Origin: Gammaproteobacteria bacterium
GTDB lineage: Bacteria > Pseudomonadota > Gammaproteobacteria > GRL18
Assembly (NCBI GenBank): GCA_016744375.1
Contig: JADGEM010000011.1
Coordinates: 6,409-70,408 of the forward strand
Direction of reading: 5' to 3'
DNA length: 64,000 nucleotides
The translations under genes and the position numbers were made by a program. The stretch's first letter is position 1. Every line of letters begins with the position of its first letter. The notes below the pieces were generated by a model. It was not told where the DNA came from and did no database searches. It saw nothing but the letters and a program-made list of their open reading frames with translations. Shown piece after piece: positions 1 to 10,047 of this stretch.

Positions 1-65
1 TTTTATGTATCAGCTACAAAAAGAGGCCATTCTGTACATTGATAACCTAAGATTACAATAATCGC

Positions 66-1499
66 TCACAGTGACATAATTGTTCTTTTGTTATCCGAGA
101 TAAAGACATTAATCCGGTCTTTAGCCGACTCACATGTCTTCCGGCATGGTGTTGCCAGGATCAGGACACTTGAGTGCTGAGATGACATCAGCGGCTTAAA
201 CAATTCTAGAAGCTTTGCGGCCATCCGATTATCTACCTTATACCCAGCAATGGAATATTGACTGGCCACAAGAATGCTCTTCCCGCTATCCGAATGTAAT
301 ATCTGCTTGAATGCAAAACCATGCTCACTGCTTTGCTGGGTCACTTGCCATGCATTGGAATAAATATGGTTTTTATAATACACCAGTTCTTTTCCAGGGT
401 GCTGTTGTGCATAATGCCTGAATGACACCTGCAATCGCTCCCCATTAACCTTAAACACCTCATCAAGTCGTCCATCAGCACCAATGAAAACAGGACGAAG
501 CCACATTTTGGGCTGTTGCTCAGTATCACCACTGAAAACCGGCAATGCCTCAGCCAGAGTATTATCATTAACAGCAGATGAAATTGACATGGGTGGGATA
601 AACAATGCCAGACAGGCCACTAAATAAGGTGCAAAATGGTAAGTTGAAGGCTTTATCTCATGAGTTTTTTCAACCGGCATTTCATCTTTAAACCAGAGGC
701 TATAACGACCTGCCAGATAAAAAAATGGAATTAAAGTAAAAGCAAATAGTATCCAGCCGAAAAAATCATGATTATTGATCAAATCCGATTGCATGTTCGT
801 TACATGTCCGACAATAATAATGATATAAACACGCAGCCAATTGGCCAATAATGCGAAAAACACCGCTGTCAATATCAGAGCAGTTCTTGTCCGCCATTGT
901 GTATAATTCTGATAGGCATACAAGGCCGCAAGCGTCAAAGCAACAATCAGATAGCGTAATCCTGAGCAACCGCCTGCCACTTCAAATACCCCTTCCGGAA
1001 TGGTGACCATGACACCCTCAATGTAAACTGGAATACCAATAAATCCAAGGAAGACGCCATTAATCCAAACCGTCACATCCTGTAATAATTCAACCAGGTA
1101 GTCCCAAAAAGGAATGGCGCAGTATAAGAATAAAGCTGGAAAGAAAAACTTCTGCCCCTCCTTTACGCCCAGAACAATTAAAAAAAACAGACACAGCATA
1201 ATGGGTATTAAAATCTGATGAATGACTTCAATATCTGCAAAATAGGATAATACCCACAAAAAAGAGCACAACATAAGAACAGGGACAAATAAATAATTCA
1301 CCTTAATTTTTTCATAGTCTATTCGTTGAATTTGCTGAAACAAGAGATAGATAACAATGATCAGAACCAGATAACCATGAGAATAACTTTCGTCAAAGCG
1401 ATTCCATCGTTCAAAGAAAGATGACCAGGTTGGCAAAAAGAAATAAGCAAACCCAGAAAAAAATAATAACAAAGATGTCCAATGCAAATATTTATTCAT
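66..1499 (-). CDS. xrtA: Exosortase A with C-terminal EpsI-like domain
   Basis: Multi-TM N-terminus with YSHGYL, GGCSGLRYL (catalytic Cys), NWLRV (Arg) and NHDFFGW (His), followed by a soluble EpsI-like domain; PEP-CTERM context. Confidence 0.95.
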   Translation of the reverse strand: MNKYLHWTSLLLFFSGFAYFFLPTWSSFFERWNRFDESYSHGYLVLIIVIYLLFQQIQRIDYEKIKVNYLFVPVLMLCSFLWVLSYFADIEVIHQILIPIMLCLFFLIVLGVKEGQKFFFPALFLYCAIPFWDYLVELLQDVTVWINGVFLGFIGIPVYIEGVMVTIPEGVFEVAGGCSGLRYLIVALTLAALYAYQNYTQWRTRTALILTAVFFALLANWLRVYIIIIVGHVTNMQSDLINNHDFFGWILFAFTLIPFFYLAGRYSLWFKDEMPVEKTHEIKPSTYHFAPYLVACLALFIPPMSISSAVNDNTLAEALPVFSGDTEQQPKMWLRPVFIGADGRLDEVFKVNGERLQVSFRHYAQQHPGKELVYYKNHIYSNAWQVTQQSSEHGFAFKQILHSDSGKSILVASQYSIAGYKVDNRMAAKLLELFKPLMSSQHSSVLILATPCRKTCESAKDRINVFISDNKRTIMSL

Positions 1500-1506
1500 T
1501 ACTGTT

Positions 1507-2367
1507 TCAGGCCTGCTTAAAATCCGTTAATTTCCTAAGCATCATTTTTACCGGCCGCTTAAACGGCAGAACCAGGTATCGATAAAAAAAAGAAAAAAAG
1601 CGCCTGTTTGTCGGTATTCTCCAGCCAAGCCCGGCATCAATCACCAGAAGACAGGGGGTGCATTTCCCACAGGGTTGAATCCTCTTTGTCGGGTTGTGGC
1701 AGAACCAGGTCATCTTCATTATTTTTTTCCAATCCTGTTGAGTGACAATTTCAGCCATTTGACCCTTGGTTAGTTGAATCGTCGGGAAAGAAAAATATTG
1801 AAAAAGGGTATTTTCCTGCATCATTTTAAATTTTGGATCAACACGAAATTTTGATTTTGAATAGCTTGATTTTAAGTCGCTTGATTTTGAACCACTTGTT
1901 TTCGACTGCTTTAGCTGATCATTGTCTGTCTGCTCACAAACAAGTTCTTCAAAATCAAAGTTTACTTTACTATGACCCGGCTTGGCTTCAACAGACAGCT
2001 GCATATCAGTAATGCCTCTCTCCTTACAGAAACGGGCAAGCCATTCGTATTGACTGCCCAAATGTTTTTTCTTAGTGATAGAATAAAAAGCATTGCTTAT
2101 TTCTGCATCGGCAGCAATATCATCCACTGAAAAATACTGTACCGTTTGAAATAATTCCTGAGTGTGAGGATAATCCTTCAAAATACGCTTCTTTATACGA
2201 GACAGAGCCCTAATTTCAAGGCCAGTTGAAGGACGATCGGGATCAATCAAATAATAGGGGGTCACAGAGCACTTATCAATATTCAGCAACCTTAAAAGTT
2301 GGAACGTAGAATCCCAACCGCCGGTCCATAATAAGCGAACATGATTATTTGATGATACGTCGTTCAT
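1507..2367 (-). CDS. QueC-like PP-loop ATPase (adenine nucleotide alpha-hydrolase fold)
   Basis: N-terminal LLWTGGWDS (SGGxDS variant) and C-terminal TWFC-x9-CGKCTPC, resembling the QueC zinc site; 7 bp upstream of xrtA. Confidence 0.7.
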   Translation of the reverse strand: MNDVSSNNHVRLLWTGGWDSTFQLLRLLNIDKCSVTPYYLIDPDRPSTGLEIRALSRIKKRILKDYPHTQELFQTVQYFSVDDIAADAEISNAFYSITKKKHLGSQYEWLARFCKERGITDMQLSVEAKPGHSKVNFDFEELVCEQTDNDQLKQSKTSGSKSSDLKSSYSKSKFRVDPKFKMMQENTLFQYFSFPTIQLTKGQMAEIVTQQDWKKIMKMTWFCHNPTKRIQPCGKCTPCLLVIDAGLGWRIPTNRRFFSFFYRYLVLPFKRPVKMMLRKLTDFKQA

Positions 2368-2397
2368 ATAAAACCTATATAATTATTAGTGCCCCCA

Positions 2398-2424
2398 GTC
2401 AAAAATTTTAACATAATTTTTGAC
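2398..2424. promoter_or_regulatory. Perfect 10-bp inverted repeat in divergent promoter region (candidate operator)
   Basis: GTCAAAAATT-N7-AATTTTTGAC; the right arm overlaps TTGACA (2420-2425) and the left arm reads TTGACT on the minus strand. Confidence 0.45.
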
Positions 2425-2498
2425 ATAGTTTTTAACTTTCTTTAATTCCATTTAAAAATGCTCTATGCTACTTTATAGTCCAAAATCAAATAACACAG

Positions 2499-3629
2499 AT
2501 GCACATAGACCAGCAAACATATCACATAGCACCAATAAGCCAGATTGATTTCTACAAAATGGAGTCACAATGGCAGCATTGTTTAAAACAATCTGAAGCT
2601 AACCCACTCTTTTCAAGTTGGATATGGCAGAAAACCTGGTGGGAGATCTGGCAGCCGCGTTTAAATCTTACACTCTTTTTACTTGGCATTTATGAACAAA
2701 ATTCCTTAAACGAACATACCTTGATAGGCATAGTGCCATGTCATACCTACATAAGTAATAATCGTCTCAACTTAAAGCATACACGATGCGAATGGATCGG
2801 TGCATACTCTGCGAATGATGACTCAATCCGCTCAGAATATTTAAACTTTATTCTGCCCGCCGGACTTTATGACACTTTATTGCCCATTATTTTCAACTAC
2901 TTCACACAACACGTTGATGAAATAAAACTTCGCGATCTGGCTGCTAAAAAACAAACAGCTCAATGGCTTAAACATCATTATAGCAATGCCAGCTGTACAC
3001 AAGACACCGGCATTAAAATTCCAACCAGTGATGATTTTTCTACCTACCTCACCCGGCTTGGAAAAAACACAAGGCTAAAATTATTTAACCGTAGAAAAAA
3101 ACTTCAAACTCATCATATAAGCAGTGTTAACTCAAAGCAGGAAGTGGTTCAATTTTTTAAAGATCTGAACAGTATGCATCTTAAACGATGGGGAAAAATC
3201 TGTTTTTCAGAACACAGTGTTATGTTTCATAGTAAAGTTTCTGAATATTACCTTAAGCAACAGCAACTCAATGCCATCTGTCTCTACGAAAACTATCACG
3301 ACAAAAAAAAGAAGCTGCAGGCAGTCTGCTATGACATAACCATTGATAACGTAAGATATAACCTACAACTTGGTTTTTATCCTTATCCTAATGATAAAGT
3401 TTCTATGGGAACATTAATGCTTGGCTTTGCCATCGAACAAGCTCATAAAATGCCATCAGTAAAATACTATGACCTATTAGCAGGAAATGGTAAAAATACA
3501 AATTATAAGCTGCATTTTAAAGGTGATATTCAAACCTTTATTTCTTTCTCAATTCCCTTAACTTATCGATTAAAGATGGAGAATGTACTTAAAAAGAAAT
3601 ATCATCAACTAAAACAATTAGTAACATGA
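2499..3629 (+). CDS. GNAT-family acyltransferase, CelD/BcsL type
   Basis: PLFSSWIWQKTWW, LTRLGKNTRLKL, VSMGTLMLGFAIEQA and YYDLLAGNGKNTNYK follow the Acetyltransf_6 pattern. Confidence 0.8.
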   Translation: MHIDQQTYHIAPISQIDFYKMESQWQHCLKQSEANPLFSSWIWQKTWWEIWQPRLNLTLFLLGIYEQNSLNEHTLIGIVPCHTYISNNRLNLKHTRCEWIGAYSANDDSIRSEYLNFILPAGLYDTLLPIIFNYFTQHVDEIKLRDLAAKKQTAQWLKHHYSNASCTQDTGIKIPTSDDFSTYLTRLGKNTRLKLFNRRKKLQTHHISSVNSKQEVVQFFKDLNSMHLKRWGKICFSEHSVMFHSKVSEYYLKQQQLNAICLYENYHDKKKKLQAVCYDITIDNVRYNLQLGFYPYPNDKVSMGTLMLGFAIEQAHKMPSVKYYDLLAGNGKNTNYKLHFKGDIQTFISFSIPLTYRLKMENVLKKKYHQLKQLVT

Positions 3630-3658
3630 ACCAGTCAACTCAATAAATAAATACAAAC

Positions 3659-5248
3659 ATGCACTTATATAACCTGTCTAAGTTTCTTTTAATCAGTTTA
3701 CTGCTTTTACAAGCCGGCTGTTCAACATTAGAAGAAGTAATTAACCCCACTTGGACACCTGAAATTATTTCTAACAATTCAGCACACTATATGCCAGATT
3801 TTTCTTACGCTGGTTATCAATGGGGAGAAAAAAATATTCCTGATTTACAAGGAAAAATTTTTGATGTGACACAATTTGGTGCTATGCCTGACGATTACAT
3901 CGATGATACATTATCAGTCCTGGCTACATTAAAATCCGCACATGAATATAATGGACCCGTTGTTATTTTTTTCCCACCTGGGCGTTTCATTCTTAGTGAA
4001 ACACTCCCTGTTAAAAGAAGTCATATCGTTATTCGCGGGAGTGGCGGGCACTCAAAGAAAAATACCACTTTATATTTCCCTAAACCAATTCTTGAAGTAA
4101 GACAGATACCAGAACATATCATTAAAAAAAAATCTTATATTATTAGAGAGAATAAGAGAGTCAATGGAAGGTTCTATTCTCCCGTATCCTGGACAGGTGG
4201 TTTTATATGGACAAGTTCAGATGGTATCAAGAAAAATAAACTCAGAACGGCTGTTATTTCAGGCAATCAAGGTGGCCAGACACTAGCAATAGAGCCAACA
4301 GATAATATCAAAACAGGCTCAGTGCTTCAGATAAGATGGTGCTCATCTGATTGCATCGATTCAGATGGCCTTTTAAGTCATACGGTCAATAATCAATTGG
4401 TTAATATTGGTTCAAAAACAAGAAAATTGGTTAAAAAAGGGCTTATCAGACAGACTGTCACCGTTGAGCACATAATAAATAACAGCATAACTATAAAAGA
4501 AAAATTACTGCATGACATTCACCCAGATTGGGGCGTCACCCTGAGTCACACTAATTTTCTAAATGAGGTTGGCATTGAATCATTGCGTATTGCTTTTCCT
4601 GATAGTTATTACCAGGGGCATTTAATGGAAGCAGGATACAATGCTTTATTTCTAAAAAACCTATTACATGGTTGGGTAAGCGATGTATTAATTACAAATT
4701 CAGACAATGGTATCATTATACAAAAAAGTAAAAATCTTACGATCGAAAACATAACACTTAATGGCAGAGAAGGACATCATTCAATAGTAATATCAAACTC
4801 AAACAATATTCTAACAAAAGACTTTCACTTATTATCTAAGGCGAGACATGGACCCAGCATGGGTTATGCATCAAGGCTCAATGTTTATACAAATGGTGAG
4901 ATCTACAATTCACCCTTAGATCAACATAATGGTTTAAACCAGCAAAATTTGTTTGACGACTTGCAGCTACAGATTTATGATATTGGTCAGCTGTTTAATC
5001 ATGGTGGGGCTAAAAATCTTCGTCCAACCAGCGGTGCTTTTTCAGTATTTTGGAACATTGAAGTTGATTTCAAAAAAAATGGCCTCATTACCCTAAATGA
5101 TGCACCATCTGCACGACTAATAGGGTTACATGGCTCCCTCCCTATAAAACTGAATTATGGACCAGATGCTTACATTAAAGGGCTTAATGACTCTAATATT
5201 AAACAAAAATCTCTATACCAGTATCAACTACAAAAAAGATTGCAATAA
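3659..5248 (+). CDS. Lipoprotein with parallel beta-helix (pectate_lyase_3/GH28-related) polysaccharide-processing domain
   Basis: Lipobox LQAG-C; MPDFSYAGY, FDVTQFGAMPDD and VIFFPPGRF; repetitive beta-helix-like C-terminal half. Confidence 0.7.
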   Translation: MHLYNLSKFLLISLLLLQAGCSTLEEVINPTWTPEIISNNSAHYMPDFSYAGYQWGEKNIPDLQGKIFDVTQFGAMPDDYIDDTLSVLATLKSAHEYNGPVVIFFPPGRFILSETLPVKRSHIVIRGSGGHSKKNTTLYFPKPILEVRQIPEHIIKKKSYIIRENKRVNGRFYSPVSWTGGFIWTSSDGIKKNKLRTAVISGNQGGQTLAIEPTDNIKTGSVLQIRWCSSDCIDSDGLLSHTVNNQLVNIGSKTRKLVKKGLIRQTVTVEHIINNSITIKEKLLHDIHPDWGVTLSHTNFLNEVGIESLRIAFPDSYYQGHLMEAGYNALFLKNLLHGWVSDVLITNSDNGIIIQKSKNLTIENITLNGREGHHSIVISNSNNILTKDFHLLSKARHGPSMGYASRLNVYTNGEIYNSPLDQHNGLNQQNLFDDLQLQIYDIGQLFNHGGAKNLRPTSGAFSVFWNIEVDFKKNGLITLNDAPSARLIGLHGSLPIKLNYGPDAYIKGLNDSNIKQKSLYQYQLQKRLQ

Positions 5249-5271
5249 ATTAAATACTATATGATATAAAA

Positions 5272-6585
5272 ATGATTAAATACTTGCGGACACTGTTAAA
5301 CAACGAAAACAGTAAGGCAATCAATAATAGCACCTGGCTTATCATGGAAAAGATTATTTCCATGGGTTTAAGTTTATTCACGGGCATATTGATTGCCCGA
5401 TATATGGGAGTAGAACTATTTGGCCTTTATAGTTATCTGCTAGCACTTACATCACTCATGGGTCCTTTGTGTGTCATGGGACTCAAAGGTATTATTACTA
5501 AAGAACTCATTGAAACGCCAAGTAAGGCCAATACTATATTGGGTACAGCATTTATAATACGCTTATTGGGGGGAGTAGGTGCTTTAGGCATTATTGTACT
5601 GTCAAGCATCTGGTTACTAGACACCCCAAATGAACGTATATTATTAGTCATTTTAGCCATAGCACAAATTTTTATTGCCGCCGAACTTGCTACAACATGG
5701 TTTGAATATCGAGTAGAAATTCAACCCATTGTAAAAATGCGAATTTCTCTCTTTTTTCTCAGTGCAATATTAAAAATTTCTGCGGTATTCCTTTCTCTTT
5801 CACTATTCACCTTTGTAGTTATCACGGCAGCAGAAGTAGCTTTTCGAGGCATTTTTGCACTGATATTATTACAAAAAAAATCCCGGCTGGTATTCAGACT
5901 TAAGTTTAGTCAATCCTATGCAATGAAATTTGCTAAAAATGGCTTTTGGCTCGTTCTTTCTGGATTTGCTGCTATTATTTATTTAAAAATTGATCAGATA
6001 ATGCTAGGTAATATGGTCTCAAATAGTGCTGTTGGGCAATATGCTGTCGCATCACGATTTTCCGAAATTTGGTACTTTATCCCTATTGCAATTACAACCT
6101 CTTTTTTCCCTAAATTATTAACGGCTAGAAAAAAATCTCAAGCTATATACACCAGACAACTACAGAATTTATGTGATGTGCTCTTGTTATTAGCTCTCAT
6201 AGTAGCTATCCTGATGACTTTTTTAAGCAACTGGTTTATACCCTTTATATTTGGAGAGGAATACAGCCCTGCAGGTAATATTCTTGCTATACATATATGG
6301 GCTGGGCTTTTTGTCTTTATGCGTGCATTATTAAGCAAGTGGTTAATTGCAGAAGGGCTGTATTCTATGTCATTATTAACTCACGGCGTGGGTGCAATAA
6401 TTAATATACTCTTAAACTATTTCCTGATCCCACTTTGGCAAGGAGAAGGTGCTGCAATTGCAACAATTATTTCATATGCAAGTGCAGGATATTTTTCACT
6501 GTTCTTTCATTCTAGTACTCGCCCAATGGCTATAATTATGACACGTTCATTAATTTTCCCTTTTCACTGGCTTAAAAAAATATAA
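5272..6585 (+). CDS. wzx: Wzx-type polysaccharide flippase
   Basis: About 12 TM segments; IYLKIDQIMLG, VGQYAVASRF and GEGAAIATIISY are typical of the MOP/Wzx family. Confidence 0.9.
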   Translation: MIKYLRTLLNNENSKAINNSTWLIMEKIISMGLSLFTGILIARYMGVELFGLYSYLLALTSLMGPLCVMGLKGIITKELIETPSKANTILGTAFIIRLLGGVGALGIIVLSSIWLLDTPNERILLVILAIAQIFIAAELATTWFEYRVEIQPIVKMRISLFFLSAILKISAVFLSLSLFTFVVITAAEVAFRGIFALILLQKKSRLVFRLKFSQSYAMKFAKNGFWLVLSGFAAIIYLKIDQIMLGNMVSNSAVGQYAVASRFSEIWYFIPIAITTSFFPKLLTARKKSQAIYTRQLQNLCDVLLLLALIVAILMTFLSNWFIPFIFGEEYSPAGNILAIHIWAGLFVFMRALLSKWLIAEGLYSMSLLTHGVGAIINILLNYFLIPLWQGEGAAIATIISYASAGYFSLFFHSSTRPMAIIMTRSLIFPFHWLKKI

Positions 6586-6598
6586 GAATAAATTTATT

Positions 6599-7666
6599 AT
6601 GTATATTATTATTAGAAATATAAAAAAAGCACGAGCAGTACAAAGAAAATTTTTTAAACTTATTGATGAAAATCTGGTAAAAATTTGCTCATCTCATCCC
6701 TTCTTGAGTTCGTTATATTATTTGCTATTTAGTCGCCAATTTGATCGTGAACATCAGGCTGTGCTAAAAGGCAGGCTTAAATATAAACTTTCTGAAAAGA
6801 AACCGGGGCACAGTAGTATACTTCTGCGTCGTAACATTCATCGCCTGGAAAAAGGATTAATAATGCGGCCGCAAAGAGCACTTTTTGCCGCAAATTATAT
6901 AGAAGAAACCATAATATGCTTTGAAACATGTTGTAACATATCAAGCTTTGAAAAAGATGAACTTCAATGGGCTCGAGATGTGCTCTACAAATATTTTAAT
7001 ACCATTGAAATGACCGATAAAATACAAGGTCTCTTTGAAAGGTATAAGTCAATAAATAAAGACAAACCTATATCAGAACAAGATAAATGTGCTGCACCCT
7101 ATCGACATGATACGATAACACCTTCAGATATTACTTACGAACAATTTTATCAGCTATGCATTCAACGCCGCTCAGTAAGGTGGTATGAACAACGACCTGT
7201 AGAAGAAGATCTTATTCAAAAAGCCATTGCAGCTGCCACATTAGCACCAAGTGCATGTAATCGGCAGCCTTACCGATTTGAGGTAATAAATGATTCAATT
7301 AAAGCATCTGAAATCGCTTCCATTGCAATGGGAACTAAGGGATTTTCTGAGAATATACCCTGTCTGTTAGTAGTGATAGGCAATCTGAGTGCATATCCAT
7401 TTGAGCGAGATCGACATATAATTTATATTGATGCAACTCTGGCGATAATGCAATTACTGCTTGCGCTAGAGACGCTGAGCTTATCATCCTGTCCCATAAA
7501 TTGGCCCGATATTGAGCATCTGGAACAAGTTTTAGCTGAGAAGCTTAAACTGGATCATAATGAGAGACCTATTTTATTAATTTCAGTTGGTTATCCTGAT
7601 GCATCAGGTATGATTCCATGGTCTCAAAAGAAATCTGTTGAGCTGCTAATGGGAGAAAAAACGTGA
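6599..7666 (+). CDS. Nitroreductase-family (FMN-binding) protein with N-terminal extension
   Basis: RRSVRWY, APSACNRQPY, YIDATLA and SSCPINW motifs. Confidence 0.85.
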   Translation: MYIIIRNIKKARAVQRKFFKLIDENLVKICSSHPFLSSLYYLLFSRQFDREHQAVLKGRLKYKLSEKKPGHSSILLRRNIHRLEKGLIMRPQRALFAANYIEETIICFETCCNISSFEKDELQWARDVLYKYFNTIEMTDKIQGLFERYKSINKDKPISEQDKCAAPYRHDTITPSDITYEQFYQLCIQRRSVRWYEQRPVEEDLIQKAIAAATLAPSACNRQPYRFEVINDSIKASEIASIAMGTKGFSENIPCLLVVIGNLSAYPFERDRHIIYIDATLAIMQLLLALETLSLSSCPINWPDIEHLEQVLAEKLKLDHNERPILLISVGYPDASGMIPWSQKKSVELLMGEKT

Positions 7667-7761
7667 TGTTATAAATAGGTCGCAAAATGGAGGCTACAGT
7701 TAAGGACTCAGTAAACATTTGTAATCATAATCCTTTTAATATTAAAACTATTAAGATGAAA

Positions 7762-8655
7762 CTAGCTCCTTTTGGGTGAAAAACCAATTGCAAGTCGAAC
7801 TTGTTCATATATCCCAATATATTTAAGTGAAAAAATTATAGATGAAACCTTCAACTTCATCCAAATACCTTTAATCGATCTATTTTTGAAGACTTTTATT
7901 ATTCTTTTTATTGGAGGGAACAATGCTCGTATAATTAAAGAACTGTTCATTTGTATGTTATTGGAATTATCAATTTGAGATACACCACCTGCAACTCGTT
8001 TTGTTTTCTTCGAAAGTTCAGAAAACAGGTGTCTTGCTGGGTGAAAGATTATTGCGGTCTCAGAATATATTAGTTGTAAGCCTGTATTGTATACTCTGTT
8101 TCCCCATTCCCTATCTCCTCCTGATTTCATATCAGAGTTAAATAAACCGACTTTATCAAAAATATTTTTTGATGTGAATAAATTACCTGCTCCGCTAAAG
8201 TGTTTCTCTTGAATATATTCGTCTTGTTTAAAATAAGTTATACTGTCATATACTTCTACAGCATTTGGTTTGTCAGGAACTGAAAATAAGAAACCTACTT
8301 TGCCTCCAATTAAGCCCGCTTCCGGGTTTTCAATCAGTTTATTTATTCCATTTCTTAGCCAATCTTTATCAGCAATGCAATCAGAATCAATGAAGGCAAA
8401 ATGCGAATATTTGGCAGCCTCAATACCTGCATTCCGAGCAGCATAAGACCCGGTCTTTCTCTCAATTAAAAAATGAACATTTTTAAATTCATTCACGACA
8501 TCGATAGGGCTGTGTGTTGAACCATTGTCAACAACAATGAGTTCTATTTTTTCTGAAGAATATGATTGTTGGATTAATGACTGAAGACATTTCCTTAAGG
8601 CAATTGCATCGTTATAGACCGGAATGATTACTGTTATTCCATCAATTTTTTTCAT
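7762..8655 (-). CDS. GT2 glycosyltransferase
   Basis: VIIPVYND, LIVVDNGS, YAARNAGI, FIDSDC (DxD) and GGDREW. Confidence 0.92.
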   Translation of the reverse strand: MKKIDGITVIIPVYNDAIALRKCLQSLIQQSYSSEKIELIVVDNGSTHSPIDVVNEFKNVHFLIERKTGSYAARNAGIEAAKYSHFAFIDSDCIADKDWLRNGINKLIENPEAGLIGGKVGFLFSVPDKPNAVEVYDSITYFKQDEYIQEKHFSGAGNLFTSKNIFDKVGLFNSDMKSGGDREWGNRVYNTGLQLIYSETAIIFHPARHLFSELSKKTKRVAGGVSQIDNSNNIQMNSSLIIRALFPPIKRIIKVFKNRSIKGIWMKLKVSSIIFSLKYIGIYEQVRLAIGFSPKRS

Positions 8656-8743
8656 TATTCACCTACACACCTGCTAATATTTTCCAACTACTGTAGAGTA
8701 TTATATATTGTAGTTTTTCAACCTGTAGAATTGATATAATTAT

Positions 8744-9886
8744 TTAACAATCTAATTCGCTTAAACAGTTTTCTACTTTTTCCCACATATTCCTTGCTGC
8801 CTCTTTTTGAATATCTGAAGCGGCTTCAATTTTTTGTTTAACTGAAGCATAATATTTTTTATCAAATAAATTGGTTAGTATAGATATCATTGCCTCTTTT
8901 TCTACAGGAATAATTAGTTCTGAACAAGAATAATCAGCAAGTAATTCTTTATATTTATGGCTCCAGCCCGTAGCAATAACGGGAACACCTTGACTCAGTG
9001 CACTTACTAATCCATGGAACCTGGAACTTACAACTAAATCACAAGTGCCTATAATTCCTTTTATATCAAGTGGACTAATAGGCTTTACAATTTGAATAGG
9101 CACATTTATTAAACCTGTGATTTTCTTTGCTAAACTATTATCTTCATGGCTTTCATGAACTAAAATAAATGGTTTTTTCCCTGTCGCTAAACATTGATTG
9201 ATACCTGAAACAAATATGTCAATATATTGATTTGAAATATTATCTTTAGTCATTTTTAACATTTTTGAATTTGGAATAAAAGCTATTCTACATTCGTTTT
9301 GATCATGATACTCTGGAATGGTACCCTTGAGTAAGTTTGTAAAATCTGGTGCCCTGAATATATTGGAAGAATTGGGTGCTAATTGGGTTAAATAATTAAA
9401 AGATATATTATCTCGAGCAAAGACAAGATCAGCATTATTCAAAACTTTTTTCATGGTGTTAGCATTTTCTATTTTTTCAAATGGGCCAAAGGCTTGTGGG
9501 AGAAGAATAACTTTTTTCCCTTGTTTTTTCCAACGAGTTATGTGGTTTGCTATGCGTTGCTGCATTTTTTTATTTGGCCACTGATCACCGTAAGCAAAGC
9601 CTGAAGCATCAAAAACAGCATTGATTTCTTCTTCCGTTATTAAACCAAAGCGGTGCCTTATTTGTTTTGGAATAAGTCGCCCTAATCGTCCAACTTGCAT
9701 ACCTCTTACATAAAACCAAATTTTTTGGTATAGGTCATATTGACAGTGCATTTCAAAAAAAGGAGGCATAGGTTCAGATGCAAAAGAAATTTTTGAGTAA
9801 TGAGATTTCATATGAGAAAGAATTGCAGCCAACATTAACTCTGCTCCTTTATTACGAGTTCCAACCCCAAGAATATCTATTAACAT
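8744..9886 (-). CDS. Polysaccharide pyruvyltransferase family protein (WcaK/AmsJ-like)
   Basis: NKGAELM, PQAFGPF, VFARD and SRFHGLVSALSQGVPVI. Confidence 0.88.
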   Translation of the reverse strand: MLIDILGVGTRNKGAELMLAAILSHMKSHYSKISFASEPMPPFFEMHCQYDLYQKIWFYVRGMQVGRLGRLIPKQIRHRFGLITEEEINAVFDASGFAYGDQWPNKKMQQRIANHITRWKKQGKKVILLPQAFGPFEKIENANTMKKVLNNADLVFARDNISFNYLTQLAPNSSNIFRAPDFTNLLKGTIPEYHDQNECRIAFIPNSKMLKMTKDNISNQYIDIFVSGINQCLATGKKPFILVHESHEDNSLAKKITGLINVPIQIVKPISPLDIKGIIGTCDLVVSSRFHGLVSALSQGVPVIATGWSHKYKELLADYSCSELIIPVEKEAMISILTNLFDKKYYASVKQKIEAASDIQKEAARNMWEKVENCLSELDC

Positions 9887-10047
9887 TTTTCCTCTCTCAT
9901 TGATAATTCCGCTATTTTTTTAGACAATGGTATCATTCTGATGTGTCAATACTCTTCCAGGCAGTTCTTTCATAAAGCTATAATTGGAATAGAGTTGCAA
10001 CCCTTTACTTTAGTCATTTAGTGTCAAGCCATTTTTTAGCATATATA

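Noticed and set aside
1507-2367. QueC-like gene as part of an anti-phage (Qat/CBASS) or deazaguanine DNA-modification system
   Set aside because: No TatD, ATPase, cyclase, dpd or queD/queE partners; the neighbours are xrtA and EPS genes.
8680-8729. Imperfect direct repeat TTTT(C)CAAC(TA)CTGTAGA in a short intergenic gap
   Set aside because: Only two short, gapped copies in AT-rich DNA; not a CRISPR and no supportable function.
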